This document shows positions 23,014 through 33,166 of a stretch of 64,000 bases of DNA, piece by piece. How positions within the stretch are numbered: position 1 is the stretch's first letter; the number at the start of each line of letters is the position of its first letter. The notes under the pieces are model-generated. The model saw nothing but the letters and a program-made list of their open reading frames with translations. It was not told the DNA's origin and ran no database searches. A program made the position numbers and the translations under genes. The DNA comes from Candidatus Magasanikbacteria bacterium RIFCSPHIGHO2_01_FULL_33_34 (GTDB lineage: Bacteria > Patescibacteriota > Patescibacteriia > Magasanikbacterales > UBA922): contig MFPS01000006.1 in NCBI GenBank assembly GCA_001782825.1, forward strand, positions 84,553-148,552, in the 5' to 3' direction.

Positions 23014-26000
23014 TTAACTACAACCAAGTGAGTCACCACAGTTCAGACATTTATAACAAGCTCCATTTCTCACAGTAATATGACCACAGGTTGGACAAGC
23101 TGGCGCATCACCGTCCATACTACTAAGGGCTTGATCAACCACATCTACTGTATTAGTTTCCATTGTGATCAATAATTCTTGTTCTTCTAAAGATCTTTCA
23201 ATTACTATATTAGTTGCTTCTGATTTTAATTCCATTGTTTCTTGTTTGACACTACTATCCAAGATCTTTGCCATTTTCTCAAATCTATTTTTTTGAATTC
23301 CAGTTGGTTTTACTTGGACAAAATCAGTTCTTCCCAAATATTCCATTCCAAGTACACGAAATACAAAATCTAAAACCGAAGTACATATCTTGATATTCGG
23401 GTGATCTGTCATTCCAGCTGGTTCAAATCTAGTGAAAACAAAATTATTTACATATTTTTCAAGTGGAACACCATATTGCAATCCCATGGAAACTGATATA
23501 GCAAACATATTCAAAATACTTCTAAAGGCTGCGCCTTCTTTGTACATATCAATAAATATCTCGGCCAATCTACCATCTGGATATTCACCGGTACGAAGCC
23601 AAATTTGTTGATTTCCAATTTTAGCAGCTACAGTTATACCACTTCTCTTTGCTGGTACTTTTCTTTTTTCTCCATGCAAATATATTCTGTGATCAGTTAC
23701 TGTACCATCATTTTCATAAGTCGGCATCGCGTGTGAATCTGGGATATGTTGTTTCAAAAGTCTACTTGCTTCAAAAATTGCTCGGCTTATTTCAGAATCA
23801 TTTAGTGTTGCGCCAACTTCTTGAAGTTCACTTTCAATTGTAGCACTAGTTTCCACAACTACCGGCTCTTTCACTTCTTCTTTTTCTGATTCAGTTTTTT
23901 TGCTTGAAGTAGAGAGTGGTTGGCTAAGTTTACAGCCATCACGATATAGTGCCACTGCTTTCAAACCTTTGCGCCAAGATTCATTGTAAGCATGTTTAAT
24001 ATCATCAACCGTTACCTCATTTGGCATATTAATTGTTTTTGAAATTGCGCCTGACAAAAATGGTTGAACCGCAGCCATCATTCTCACATGACCCATATAA
24101 TGAATAGATCTCAAACCATTTTTTCCACAACGATTAGCACAATCAAATACTGGATAATGCTCTTGTTTCAAATGTGGAGCGCCCTCAATAGTCATTGTTC
24201 CACAAACATAATTATTTGCTTCATCAATTTGTTCTTGAGTAAAACCAAGAGCTTTAAGCATTTGAAAATTTGGATCATTGTATTGCTCCTTTGCAATTCC
24301 TACTCTTTGCATACACTCTTCACCAAGTGTCCAAACATTAAATACAAATTGGATTTCAAAAGCACTCTTCATCGCGCCTTTTAACTTTTCTAAGTCACCA
24401 TCAGTAAAACCTTTTTCCTTGAGAGTTGTAGTATTTATTTGTGGAGCGCTAGCTATATCAGCTGTGCCTTTTGTGTAATTCAAAATATCTTGTATCTCTG
24501 CATCTGTGTATTTCAAATTTTTCAAAGCTACTGGTACTGCTTCATTTACGATTTTAAAATATCCTCCACCAGCAAGTTTCTTAAATTTAACTAATGCAAA
24601 ATCTGGCTCAACTCCAGTAGTAGCACAATCCATCAAAAGACCAATCGTTCCAGTTGGCGCCAACAAAGTTGTTTGCGCATTCCTATATCCATATTTTTCA
24701 CCCCAAGAAAGTGCCTCATTCCAACTCTCTCGAGCAGCGGCCAACAAATATGCTGGGGCAAATTCTGGATCAATCCCAACTGGTTTAATCGTTACTTTTT
24801 CATATTCGCTATCAGCAACATTAAATGTAGCTCGTCTATGATTGCGCATTACTCTCAACATATCTTCTCGGTTGTAATCAAATTTTGGAAATGTCCCCAA
24901 AAATCTAGCCAACTCTGCACTTGTCCTATACGACTCACCTGTCAAAAGAGCGGTAACTGAACCAGCAAAAGCATAAGCTTCTTCTGATTCATATGGTATC
25001 CCCGATGTCAAAAGTACACTTCCCAAATTTGCATAACCCAATCCCAAAGTTCTGAAATCATAACTCATCTGAGCAATTTCTTTACTTGGGAATTGTGCCA
25101 TCAATACACTAACCTCAAGTACAACTGTCCAAAGACGAGTCGCATGTTTAAAAGCATCTACCAAAAATTCTTGTTTTTCTACATTGAAAAAATGAGCTAA
25201 ATTCAAAGATGCCAAATTGCAAGCAGTATTATCCAAAAACATATACTCACTACAAGGATTTGAAGCATTGATTCTGCCTGATTGTGGACAGGTGTGCCAA
25301 TCATTGATTGTACCGTCAAATTGCACTCCTGGATCAGCACAAGCCCAAGCAGCATAAGACACCTTGTCCCACAATTCTTGTGCTTTCATTGTCTTGCAAG
25401 CAGTATTATCAGTTCTCCACAACAAACTCCAAGAACCATCACGTTCCAAGGCTTCCATAAACTTATGTGGAACCCGAACTGAATTATTTGAATTTTGACC
25501 AGATACTGTCTGATACGCCTCACCTTCATAATCTGATGTATATCCCGCAACCATAAGAGCGGCCACTTTTTTTTCTTCTTCTACTTTCCAATTTATAAAT
25601 GCCTCAATATCAGGATGATCAAGATCAAGGACACACATCTTGGCAGCACGACGTGTGGTCCCGCCAGACTTGATGGCACCAGCAGACCTGTCACCGATTT
25701 TCAAAAAGCTCATCAAACCGCTAGATCGTCCGCCACCACTCAAAGGCTCACCATTGCCACGCAAACCTGAAAAATTTGTCCCTGTTCCAGAACCATATTT
25801 AAATAATCGAGCTTCACGAACCCACAAATCCATAATTCCACCTTCATTTACCAAATCATCTTTAACTGATTGAATAAAACAAGCATGTGGTTGTGGATGA
25901 GTATAGGCATCAGTAGATTTTGTAAGCACGCCTGTGTCTGGATCAATATAATGATGACCTTGAGCTGGACCATTTATTCCATAAGCCCAATAAATACCAG

Positions 26001-26514
26001 TATTAAACCACTGTGGTGAATTTGGCGCGGCCATTTGACGGAGTAACATTACTACAATCTCATCATAAAAAATCTGCGCATCTTTGGCACTTGCAAAATA
26101 CCCATACTTCTCACCCCAATATCTCCATGTGCCGGCCAACCTATGAATTGGTTGCTTTGCACTTGTTTCAGGCCCAAGCATGGGTGTCCCGTCATCGTGC
26201 ATTTTAATGGTACCATCAGCATTGTGTTGTGGTACGCCGGCTTTACGGAAATATTTTTGTGCCATAATATCAGTAGCCACTTGTGACCACTGTTTTGGTA
26301 TCTCAATATCTTTCATTTCAAATACAACCGTACCATCTGGTTCACGAATAACAGAACTTCTTTTTTCATATTCAACCATATCATACGCACTCTTTCCCTC
26401 TACACTAAATTTGCGCTGAAAACGCATAGCATTTTCATTGTATAAAAAATCTTTTTCACCTTCGGTTTGCCCAAGATGAAGATTTTGGATAAATTTTGAA
26501 TCGACAGGTCCCAT
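23014..26514 (-). CDS. nrdJ: Ribonucleoside-diphosphate/triphosphate reductase, class II (adenosylcobalamin-dependent) large single-chain form, with a C-terminal zinc ribbon
   Basis: RNR 10-stranded barrel active-site region NPCSEYMFLDNTACNLASLNL. The protein is 1166 aa with no ATP-cone plus NrdB context. C-terminal CPTCGH...CYKCLNCG. A PduO adenosyltransferase is encoded 1.3 kb away. Confidence 0.7.
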   Translation of the reverse strand: MGPVDSKFIQNLHLGQTEGEKDFLYNENAMRFQRKFSVEGKSAYDMVEYEKRSSVIREPDGTVVFEMKDIEIPKQWSQVATDIMAQKYFRKAGVPQHNADGTIKMHDDGTPMLGPETSAKQPIHRLAGTWRYWGEKYGYFASAKDAQIFYDEIVVMLLRQMAAPNSPQWFNTGIYWAYGINGPAQGHHYIDPDTGVLTKSTDAYTHPQPHACFIQSVKDDLVNEGGIMDLWVREARLFKYGSGTGTNFSGLRGNGEPLSGGGRSSGLMSFLKIGDRSAGAIKSGGTTRRAAKMCVLDLDHPDIEAFINWKVEEEKKVAALMVAGYTSDYEGEAYQTVSGQNSNNSVRVPHKFMEALERDGSWSLLWRTDNTACKTMKAQELWDKVSYAAWACADPGVQFDGTINDWHTCPQSGRINASNPCSEYMFLDNTACNLASLNLAHFFNVEKQEFLVDAFKHATRLWTVVLEVSVLMAQFPSKEIAQMSYDFRTLGLGYANLGSVLLTSGIPYESEEAYAFAGSVTALLTGESYRTSAELARFLGTFPKFDYNREDMLRVMRNHRRATFNVADSEYEKVTIKPVGIDPEFAPAYLLAAARESWNEALSWGEKYGYRNAQTTLLAPTGTIGLLMDCATTGVEPDFALVKFKKLAGGGYFKIVNEAVPVALKNLKYTDAEIQDILNYTKGTADIASAPQINTTTLKEKGFTDGDLEKLKGAMKSAFEIQFVFNVWTLGEECMQRVGIAKEQYNDPNFQMLKALGFTQEQIDEANNYVCGTMTIEGAPHLKQEHYPVFDCANRCGKNGLRSIHYMGHVRMMAAVQPFLSGAISKTINMPNEVTVDDIKHAYNESWRKGLKAVALYRDGCKLSQPLSTSSKKTESEKEEVKEPVVVETSATIESELQEVGATLNDSEISRAIFEASRLLKQHIPDSHAMPTYENDGTVTDHRIYLHGEKRKVPAKRSGITVAAKIGNQQIWLRTGEYPDGRLAEIFIDMYKEGAAFRSILNMFAISVSMGLQYGVPLEKYVNNFVFTRFEPAGMTDHPNIKICTSVLDFVFRVLGMEYLGRTDFVQVKPTGIQKNRFEKMAKILDSSVKQETMELKSEATNIVIERSLEEQELLITMETNTVDVVDQALSSMDGDAPACPTCGHITVRNGACYKCLNCGDSLGCS

Positions 26515-26575
26515 AAAATTATGATTAAGATTTTAATTTAAGTTACAAAAACGCCTTGCCATGGCGTTCAATCTT

Positions 26576-26623
26576 TTACTATATATAGTGGTATAAATAT
26601 ATTTTAACCACTATATATTGTGT
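26576..26623 (-). promoter_or_regulatory. Candidate tandem NrdR boxes upstream of nrdJ
   Basis: ttactatatatagtgg (26576-91) and ccactatatattgtgt (26608-23) match the NrdR-box palindrome acaCwAtATaTwGtgt in 13/16 and 15/16 positions. Centres are 32 bp apart, 62-110 bp upstream of the nrdJ ATG. Confidence 0.5.
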
Positions 26624-26874
26624 TATATGCGGGCAACATTTATTATAGCACACAGAATAAAACTAGCCAAATCCATATCCCTTTTGCTCTTTTTAACTAA
26701 CCCAAGCTGTTATTTTTTATTATGAGTCGCAAAATATTATACTTATCCACAATCAAAAATATTACAAACACAATTAAATATAAATTATTAGAAATTAAGA
26801 AGTCCTAATCAAGGAAATTCTAAAGCGAGGAGGACAGTACAAATAAATGTAGTTTCAAAAATGTCATACAACAA

Positions 26875-26914
26875 AAGCCATTAGCTTGAGAGAAATCTCG
26901 CTAATGGCTTTTTT
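26875..26914 (+). terminator. Plus-strand rho-independent terminator 40 bp upstream of ruvB, with no annotated upstream plus-strand gene
   Basis: 11-bp stem aagccattagc/gctaatggctt plus T6. Confidence 0.55.
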
Positions 26915-26953
26915 GACTTTAAACGCTCTTCAACGTAAAATACAAATATATTT

Positions 26954-28021
26954 ATGCTAAATGAAGAAACATACAATTTAGAAAATGAAGAACCACGATT
27001 GATCACGCCAGAAGAAATTGTAGATGAACAAACTATTGAAATAAATCTGCGTCCACAAACTTTACTAGAATTTATTGGACAAGACCATATAAAGGAGCCA
27101 CTCTCAATCTCAATTGAAGCTTCTAAAAAAAGAAATGAATCCATTGAACATGTACTACTTTATGGAAATCCTGGTCTTGGAAAAACTACCCTTGCAAATA
27201 TCATTGCGCGTGAAATGGGTTCAAATATTCGCATAACAGCTGGTCCAGCTCTAGAACGAGTCGGCGACCTAGCTGCTATACTGTCCAACCTTGAAGCCGG
27301 TGATGTACTTTTTATTGACGAAATTCATCGTATGAACAAAACCATTGAAGAAGTAATGTATAGTGCAATGGAAGATTATGCACTAGATATAATAGTTGGC
27401 AAAGGTCCAGCAGCGAGAACTTTGCGAATGCCACTTGAACGATTTACACTGATCGGCGCAACCACAAAATTAAATTTATTATCCAGTCCATTACGAGACC
27501 GTTTTGGCCATGTATATCACCTAAACTTTTATGAAAATGATGATATTAAAAAAATTGTTCACAGAAGTGCATCTATACTAGAAATGGATATCAAAGACAA
27601 TGCATCTGATATCATATCCAGTCGTTCACGTAGAACTCCACGCGTAGCTAATCGTCTACTTCGAAGAGTCCGAGATTATGCTGAAGTCCGACATAATGGT
27701 ATAATATCAGATGAATCTACCATTGAAGCTTTAACAATGTTAAATGTAGACAAACATGGACTAGATGAAGTAGACAGAAAAATTTTAACTTGTATTATTG
27801 AAAAATTTGATGGTGGCCCAGTTGGTCTCAATACACTAGCCGCTGCTATAGCTGAAGATATGGATACTATTGAAACCATTTACGAACCATATCTTTTACA
27901 AATCGGTATGTTAGAAAGAACTCCTAGAGGCAGATTAGCGACTCGCACAGCCTATGATCATATAAATGTAACCAAACGCGAATCTACTAAACCTAAAAAT
28001 TTTAAAGGCTGGAAAATGTAA
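26954..28021 (+). CDS. ruvB: Holliday junction branch-migration helicase RuvB
   Basis: [19 protein letters not shown], Walker [17 protein letters not shown], and the sensor motifs. Confidence 0.95.
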   Translation: MLNEETYNLENEEPRLITPEEIVDEQTIEINLRPQTLLEFIGQDHIKEPLSISIEASKKRNESIEHVLLYGNPGLGKTTLANIIAREMGSNIRITAGPALERVGDLAAILSNLEAGDVLFIDEIHRMNKTIEEVMYSAMEDYALDIIVGKGPAARTLRMPLERFTLIGATTKLNLLSSPLRDRFGHVYHLNFYENDDIKKIVHRSASILEMDIKDNASDIISSRSRRTPRVANRLLRRVRDYAEVRHNGIISDESTIEALTMLNVDKHGLDEVDRKILTCIIEKFDGGPVGLNTLAAAIAEDMDTIETIYEPYLLQIGMLERTPRGRLATRTAYDHINVTKRESTKPKNFKGWKM

Positions 28022-28031
28022 TAAATTCAAT

Positions 28032-28292
28032 ATGGTATTACCACTCTATATATTATTATTTGTTTATATATTATTTTTAACCGTCTTTTCGGTTTTTCTT
28101 CTTATCAATTTATATCATATACTAATGACTGGCTCAGTTACTATTATCAGCTTTTTTGTATCTTTTTTTATATTCTTTGGGACTTTTCTTGTGCTCTATC
28201 TCACATGGTATTTTTTACAAGATGTAAACTGGCAACAAACCTTGATAGACCTTTCAAACGCCAGCAATATATTTAGTCCATCCAATCTATAA
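28032..28292 (+). CDS. Hypothetical small membrane protein (2 TM)
   Basis: 86 aa, hydrophobic. Confidence 0.35.
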   Translation: MVLPLYILLFVYILFLTVFSVFLLINLYHILMTGSVTIISFFVSFFIFFGTFLVLYLTWYFLQDVNWQQTLIDLSNASNIFSPSNL

Positions 28293-28297
28293 TCAAT

Positions 28298-28840
28298 ATG
28301 AATACATCATATTTTATAAAACAAAAATCATACGAAAAAGTAAAATACGTTTTGCGACGCCATCCAATTACTTTTATACCTCATTTGTTTTTATTTTTTA
28401 TCTCATTGGTTGTACCTATTTTAGTATACCTGATGATTTCCAATATCTATCCTACTCTTTTTGATAGCGAAGTAATTTATGCCACTGGCATAATAGCAGG
28501 AAGTATTTATTTTTTGAGCGCGCTTTTATTTGGTTATGGCACTTTTATTGATTTTTATTTGGATGTGTGGATTATAACCAATGATCGCATTGTTGATATT
28601 GAACAATTTGGACTTTTTTCCAGAACTATTTCAGAACTTGATTTATTTCGCATCCAAGATATAACCACAGAAACACAAGGTTTCTTTGCTACAATTTTCA
28701 AATATGGCAATGTAACCATAAAGACCGCTTCTACAAATCTAAGCTTGGTTTTCAAAAATGTTCCTAATCCCAATCATATACGATCAGAACTTTTACAACT
28801 TGCACACGAAGATTTCAAATACCACCGAGACAAGCTTTAA
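28298..28840 (+). CDS. Membrane protein with a bacterial PH (YdbS/YdbT-like) domain
   Basis: Two TM helices followed by ITNDRIVDIEQFGLFSRTISELDLFRIQDI...GNVTIKTAS, as in bPH_2 proteins. Confidence 0.5.
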   Translation: MNTSYFIKQKSYEKVKYVLRRHPITFIPHLFLFFISLVVPILVYLMISNIYPTLFDSEVIYATGIIAGSIYFLSALLFGYGTFIDFYLDVWIITNDRIVDIEQFGLFSRTISELDLFRIQDITTETQGFFATIFKYGNVTIKTASTNLSLVFKNVPNPNHIRSELLQLAHEDFKYHRDKL

Positions 28841-28845
28841 AAAAT

Positions 28846-29145
28846 ATGAAATGGTTTTTGTCACTTAATATATTAACTCAAATATTACTCATATATTTTA
28901 TTATAATCAATATTATTGCCTTTTTCTTTTTTGGTTTAGACAAATTAAAATCACAATTAAATAAACAAAGAATAAGTGAAAAAAATCTGTGGTTACTAGC
29001 GCTTATCGGCGGTTCCGCCGGCTCACTACTGGCTATGAATTTTTTCAGACACAAAACCCAAAAAACTTCTTTTCAGATTGTGTTTGTGTTAATTTTATTA
29101 ATTCAAATAACTTCAATAGTATTAATATTAAATAAATATAATTAA
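28846..29145 (+). CDS. DUF1294-family small membrane protein
   Basis: NKQRISEKNLWLLALIGGSAGSLLAMNFFRHKTQK matches the DUF1294 core. Confidence 0.5.
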   Translation: MKWFLSLNILTQILLIYFIIINIIAFFFFGLDKLKSQLNKQRISEKNLWLLALIGGSAGSLLAMNFFRHKTQKTSFQIVFVLILLIQITSIVLILNKYN

Positions 29146-29154
29146 TAATAATTT

Positions 29155-29802
29155 ATGAAATTTTTTATAGACACCGCTAATATAGAGGAAATCAAAAAAT
29201 ATGCCACACTTGGCATGCTTGACGGCGTTACCACCAACCCATCTCTTCTTGCTAAAGAAGGAGTAAACTTTGAAAAAAGAATCAAAGAAATTTTAAAAGT
29301 AGTAAAAGGTCCAGTCAGTGTTGAAGTAATTGCAACCGACACAAAAGGTATGATTAAAGAAGGCAAAAAATATGCTACCTGGGGAAAAAATGTTTATGTA
29401 AAAGTTCCTTGTACTTTTGATGGTCTCTCAGCTGTTCGTTCTTTTAGCAAAGAATCCATAAAAACAAATGTAACTTTGGTATTTAGTGCCAACCAAGCAT
29501 TACTAGCAGCCAAAGCTGGCGCAACTCTGGTTAGTCCATTTGTAGGCAGATTAGATGATATTGGCAAAGTCGGCATGGATATAGTAGCAGAAATGCTCAC
29601 CATATTTGAAAATTATCAACTCAAAACTCAAGTATTAGTCGCAAGTATACGAAGCACAGAACATGTCCTCAAGGCTGCTATGCTCGGAGCGCATATTGCA
29701 ACCATACCCGCCAAAATATTAGAAGAACTTATAAAACACCCTCTCACAGATAAAGGACTAGAAAAATTCTTGGATGATTGGAATAAAATGCAAAAAAAAT
29801 AA
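29155..29802 (+). CDS. tal: Transaldolase (short TalC / fructose-6-phosphate aldolase subfamily)
   Basis: [15 protein letters not shown]...[14 protein letters not shown], the Schiff-base Lys region, and 215 aa length. Confidence 0.9.
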   Translation: MKFFIDTANIEEIKKYATLGMLDGVTTNPSLLAKEGVNFEKRIKEILKVVKGPVSVEVIATDTKGMIKEGKKYATWGKNVYVKVPCTFDGLSAVRSFSKESIKTNVTLVFSANQALLAAKAGATLVSPFVGRLDDIGKVGMDIVAEMLTIFENYQLKTQVLVASIRSTEHVLKAAMLGAHIATIPAKILEELIKHPLTDKGLEKFLDDWNKMQKK

Positions 29803-29936
29803 TATCAAATTACAAAACCACCTGAAAAATCAAGTGGTTTTAATTTAAAATATATTTTAAATTCACATTTTGTCAATAATTCTCAACTGTTATATACTAT
29901 CACTATAATTATCTTAAAATAAACTAATATTTTTGT

Positions 29937-30905
29937 ATGATGTCAGACGCAATTAAATCATTTGCAAACCAATTTGCCTACGAACCAACCATTGAAAATT
30001 CCAAAAAACTAAAAAAATATAAAAAATATATATTGTCAGGCATGGGCGGTTCACACTTAGCAGCAGATCTCGCTCGTATTTATGACCCAACACTCCCATT
30101 GATTATCCGCTCTGATTATGGCCTACCTCAAATGCTAGCGCATGAACACAAGCACAGTTTATTTATTGCTAGCTCTTATTCTGGAAACACCGAAGAAGTG
30201 ATTGATGCTCTCAATAATGCTCTCAAAGAAAAAATACCATCAGCTGTAATTTCTATTGGTGGTAAATTAATTGATATAGCAAAAAAACACAATCTACCAT
30301 ATATACAAATGCCAAATACTGGCATACAGCCTCGCTCAGCTCTTGGTTTTAGTTTAAATGCATTATTCAAACTACTCGGTCGTGAAGATGCCTTAAAAGA
30401 TTGTCACAAATTAGCAAAAACATTAAAGCCACAAAATTTTGAAAATACTGGAAAACAATTAGCAAAAAATTTAAAAAACAAAATACCCATAATTTATTGT
30501 TCTAGACACAACAAATCAATCGGTTACAATTGGAAAATAAAATTTAATGAAACAGGCAAAATACCAGCCTATTACAATGTATTTCCCGAACTCAATCACA
30601 ATGAAATGACTAGTTTTGATGTTAACTCTAACTCAAAACATTTATCAGAAAATTTTTATTTTATTATTCTCAAAGATAAAAATGATCACAAAAAAATCCA
30701 AAAAAGGATGGATGCTCTTGTAAAACTATACAAAGATAGAAAGTTAAATGTAGAAATAATCAACCTTACTGGAAAAAACAAATTAGAAAAAATATTTTCT
30801 TCACTACTAATCGCTGATTGGACAGCAATCTATACTGCTGAAAATTATGGATTAGAGTCAGAACAAGTACCAATGGTAGAAGAATTTAAAAAAATTATTA
30901 AATAA
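29937..30905 (+). CDS. pgi: SIS-domain bifunctional phosphoglucose/phosphomannose isomerase (archaeal-type PGI)
   Basis: ILSGMGGSHLAADLA SIS motif and about 320 aa length. Glycolysis/PPP neighbours (tal, tkt). Confidence 0.65.
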   Translation: MMSDAIKSFANQFAYEPTIENSKKLKKYKKYILSGMGGSHLAADLARIYDPTLPLIIRSDYGLPQMLAHEHKHSLFIASSYSGNTEEVIDALNNALKEKIPSAVISIGGKLIDIAKKHNLPYIQMPNTGIQPRSALGFSLNALFKLLGREDALKDCHKLAKTLKPQNFENTGKQLAKNLKNKIPIIYCSRHNKSIGYNWKIKFNETGKIPAYYNVFPELNHNEMTSFDVNSNSKHLSENFYFIILKDKNDHKKIQKRMDALVKLYKDRKLNVEIINLTGKNKLEKIFSSLLIADWTAIYTAENYGLESEQVPMVEEFKKIIK

Positions 30906-30942
30906 ACAATATAAATTCATTGATAAATTATAATCTAAAATA

Positions 30943-31046
30943 AATTAATGATTAGAAATTATTATGAGCGGATTTGTTTGCCACAACAGGCAAACACCTC
31001 GGAGCCACAGCGAGAATGAGAGAATAATAATTTCTAATCATTAATT
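30943..31046. repeat. Perfect 23-bp inverted repeat (aattaatgattagaaattattat ... ataataatttctaatcattaatt) enclosing a 58-bp GC-richer core that has its own 7-bp hairpin. A MITE-like or structured-RNA element between pgi and tkt.
   Basis: Arms at 30943-30965 and 31024-31046 are exact reverse complements. The core contains gtttgcc-acaaca-ggcaaac. Confidence 0.6.
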
Positions 31047-31066
31047 ATTAATAATTAAATAAATTT

Positions 31067-32893
31067 ATGACCACATCAAAGCTAAAAGAAATAGCTAAAC
31101 TAATCCGCTACTATATTTTAATTTCAACCACAAAAGCCGGATCTGGCCATCCGACATCTTCTCTTTCTGCTACTGATATTATGACTGCATTATTTTTTGA
31201 TGGACATTTCAAATTTGATGCATCTAACCCTAACAACCCCAACAATGACAGATTGCTTTTTTCCAAAGGCCACGCTTCACCACTTTTTTATGCACTGTGG
31301 GCAGTTGCCGGAAATTTGAAAGAAAAAGATTTATTAACTCTACGCAAATTTGGTAGCCCATTAGAAGGCCATCCAACTATGAAATTTCCTTTTACAGAAG
31401 CTGCGACTGGATCACTCGGTCAAGGACTATCAGTTGGTGTAGGTATAGCCCTCAACGCAAAATACCTTGATAAGTTACCTTATTATACCTATGTGCTCTT
31501 AGGAGACAGCGAAATGGCCGAAGGTTCAGTCTGGGAAGCAATTGATTTAGCCACTTATTACAACTTAGATAATCTCATTGCCATAGTAGATGTCAACAGA
31601 CTCGGCCAGCGTGGAGAAACCAAATATGGCCACGATACCAAAGCCTATGCCAAACGCGTCAAAGCTTTTGGCTGGGAAACCATTGAGGTTGATGGACACA
31701 ATATTGAAAAAATTATTAATGCTATCAAAAAAGCTAAAAATACCAAAAATAAGCCAATAATGATTGTAGCCAAAACAATCAAAGGCAAAGGAGTTTCTTT
31801 TGCAGAAAATAAAGATGGCTGGCATGGCAAAGCTCTAACAGAAGAACAACTTGCCAAAGCTTTAACAGAATTAGGTGAAATTAAAAAAACAGAAGTCAAA
31901 TTAAAACTTCCAAAAAATCTATTACCACAAAAATATACACCCAACAAAGTCAAAATTGAAACTTCAACAAAAGACAAAATTGCCACTCGCAAAGCCTATG
32001 GCACAGGCCTCTTAAAAGCTCACATCAATTATCCAAATATAGTAGTATTAGATGCAGAAACCAGCAACTCAACTTTTGCAGAAACCTTCAAAAATTATTA
32101 TCCAAATAGATTTTTTGAAATGTTCATTGCCGAACAAAATATGGTTGGTACCGCCATTGGCCTTTCTTCCCGTGGAAAAATTCCTTTTGTTTCCACTTTT
32201 GCGGCTTTTTTATCACGTGCTTATGACCAAATCCGAATGACTCAATACTCCAACTCAAATATCAAATTTGTTGGTTCACATGCTGGAGTCTCTATTGGCG
32301 AAGATGGTTCTTCTCAAATGGGACTTGAAGATATTTCTATGTTTCGCTCAATTCACAACAGTGTGGTTCTCTACCCATCTGATGCAGTTTCAACTGAAAA
32401 ATTAGTAATGAAATCCTGCCAACACAAAGGCGTGGTCTACATAAGAACCACTAGACAAGATACGTCTATTTTATACAAAGAAACAGATACTTTTGAAATT
32501 GGCGGAAGTAAAATATTGAGAAAAAGTGAAAATGATATTGTAACAATTGTCAGCGCAGGCATCACCCTACACGAGGCTCTTTCGGCTTATGAAGAATTAA
32601 AATCAAAAGGAATAAATATTCGCATAATTGATTTATACAGTATAAAACCAATAGATACCAAAACTTTACTTGAATCCGCCCAAAAAACCAAAGCCATCAT
32701 CACTGTTGAAGATCATTATGAAGCAGGTGGTCTAGGTGAAGCCGTAAAAAATGTTTTATCTACTCAATCAACTCCAGTTTATTCTTTGTTTGTAGACAAA
32801 ATACCTATGAGCGGTACGCCCCAAGAACTTTTAGACTATGAAGGCATCTCCAAAAATGCTATAATCAAAGCTGTTAATAAAATAAACAAATAA
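31067..32893 (+). CDS. tkt: Transketolase
   Basis: TPP-binding GSGHPTSS...DIMTALFF, GDSEMAEGSVWEA, and a C-terminal transketolase domain. 608 aa. Confidence 0.9.
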   Translation: MTTSKLKEIAKLIRYYILISTTKAGSGHPTSSLSATDIMTALFFDGHFKFDASNPNNPNNDRLLFSKGHASPLFYALWAVAGNLKEKDLLTLRKFGSPLEGHPTMKFPFTEAATGSLGQGLSVGVGIALNAKYLDKLPYYTYVLLGDSEMAEGSVWEAIDLATYYNLDNLIAIVDVNRLGQRGETKYGHDTKAYAKRVKAFGWETIEVDGHNIEKIINAIKKAKNTKNKPIMIVAKTIKGKGVSFAENKDGWHGKALTEEQLAKALTELGEIKKTEVKLKLPKNLLPQKYTPNKVKIETSTKDKIATRKAYGTGLLKAHINYPNIVVLDAETSNSTFAETFKNYYPNRFFEMFIAEQNMVGTAIGLSSRGKIPFVSTFAAFLSRAYDQIRMTQYSNSNIKFVGSHAGVSIGEDGSSQMGLEDISMFRSIHNSVVLYPSDAVSTEKLVMKSCQHKGVVYIRTTRQDTSILYKETDTFEIGGSKILRKSENDIVTIVSAGITLHEALSAYEELKSKGINIRIIDLYSIKPIDTKTLLESAQKTKAIITVEDHYEAGGLGEAVKNVLSTQSTPVYSLFVDKIPMSGTPQELLDYEGISKNAIIKAVNKINK

Positions 32894-32909
32894 TATTTTA
32901 CATAAGTTT

Positions 32910-33122
32910 ATGAATTTGAATATTATCAGCGCAACTTTTACGACTCTCGGTGAAATTACCATTGCCTATACTGTAATTAGTGTCCACCATCGTGTAATGA
33001 AAGAACACAAAATTGACAACAATGTATTCAAAGAAATGCATAGAGAACAAAAAATTGCTCTCATAGGTATCACTCTCATAGTAATCGGATATGTTTTAAA
33101 TGTAATCACAGAATATATTTAA
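32910..33122 (+). CDS. Hypothetical small membrane protein
   Basis: 70 aa with 2 TM. Confidence 0.35.
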   Translation: MNLNIISATFTTLGEITIAYTVISVHHRVMKEHKIDNNVFKEMHREQKIALIGITLIVIGYVLNVITEYI

Positions 33123-33158
33123 AAATAAAAAATCTCTAGACTAATCTAGAGATTTTTT
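33121..33158. terminator. Bidirectional terminator (atctctag-actaat-ctagagat, flanked by A and T runs)
   Basis: 8-bp perfect stem with a T-run downstream and an A-run upstream. Confidence 0.7.
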
Positions 33159-33166
33159 AAAATAAA

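Noticed and set aside
23014-26514. Intein inside the long NrdJ
   Set aside because: No intein block motifs (N-terminal C/S plus a TxxH block B, or C-terminal HN followed by C/S/T) were recognisable. The 1166-aa length is within the range of long monomeric class II RNRs.
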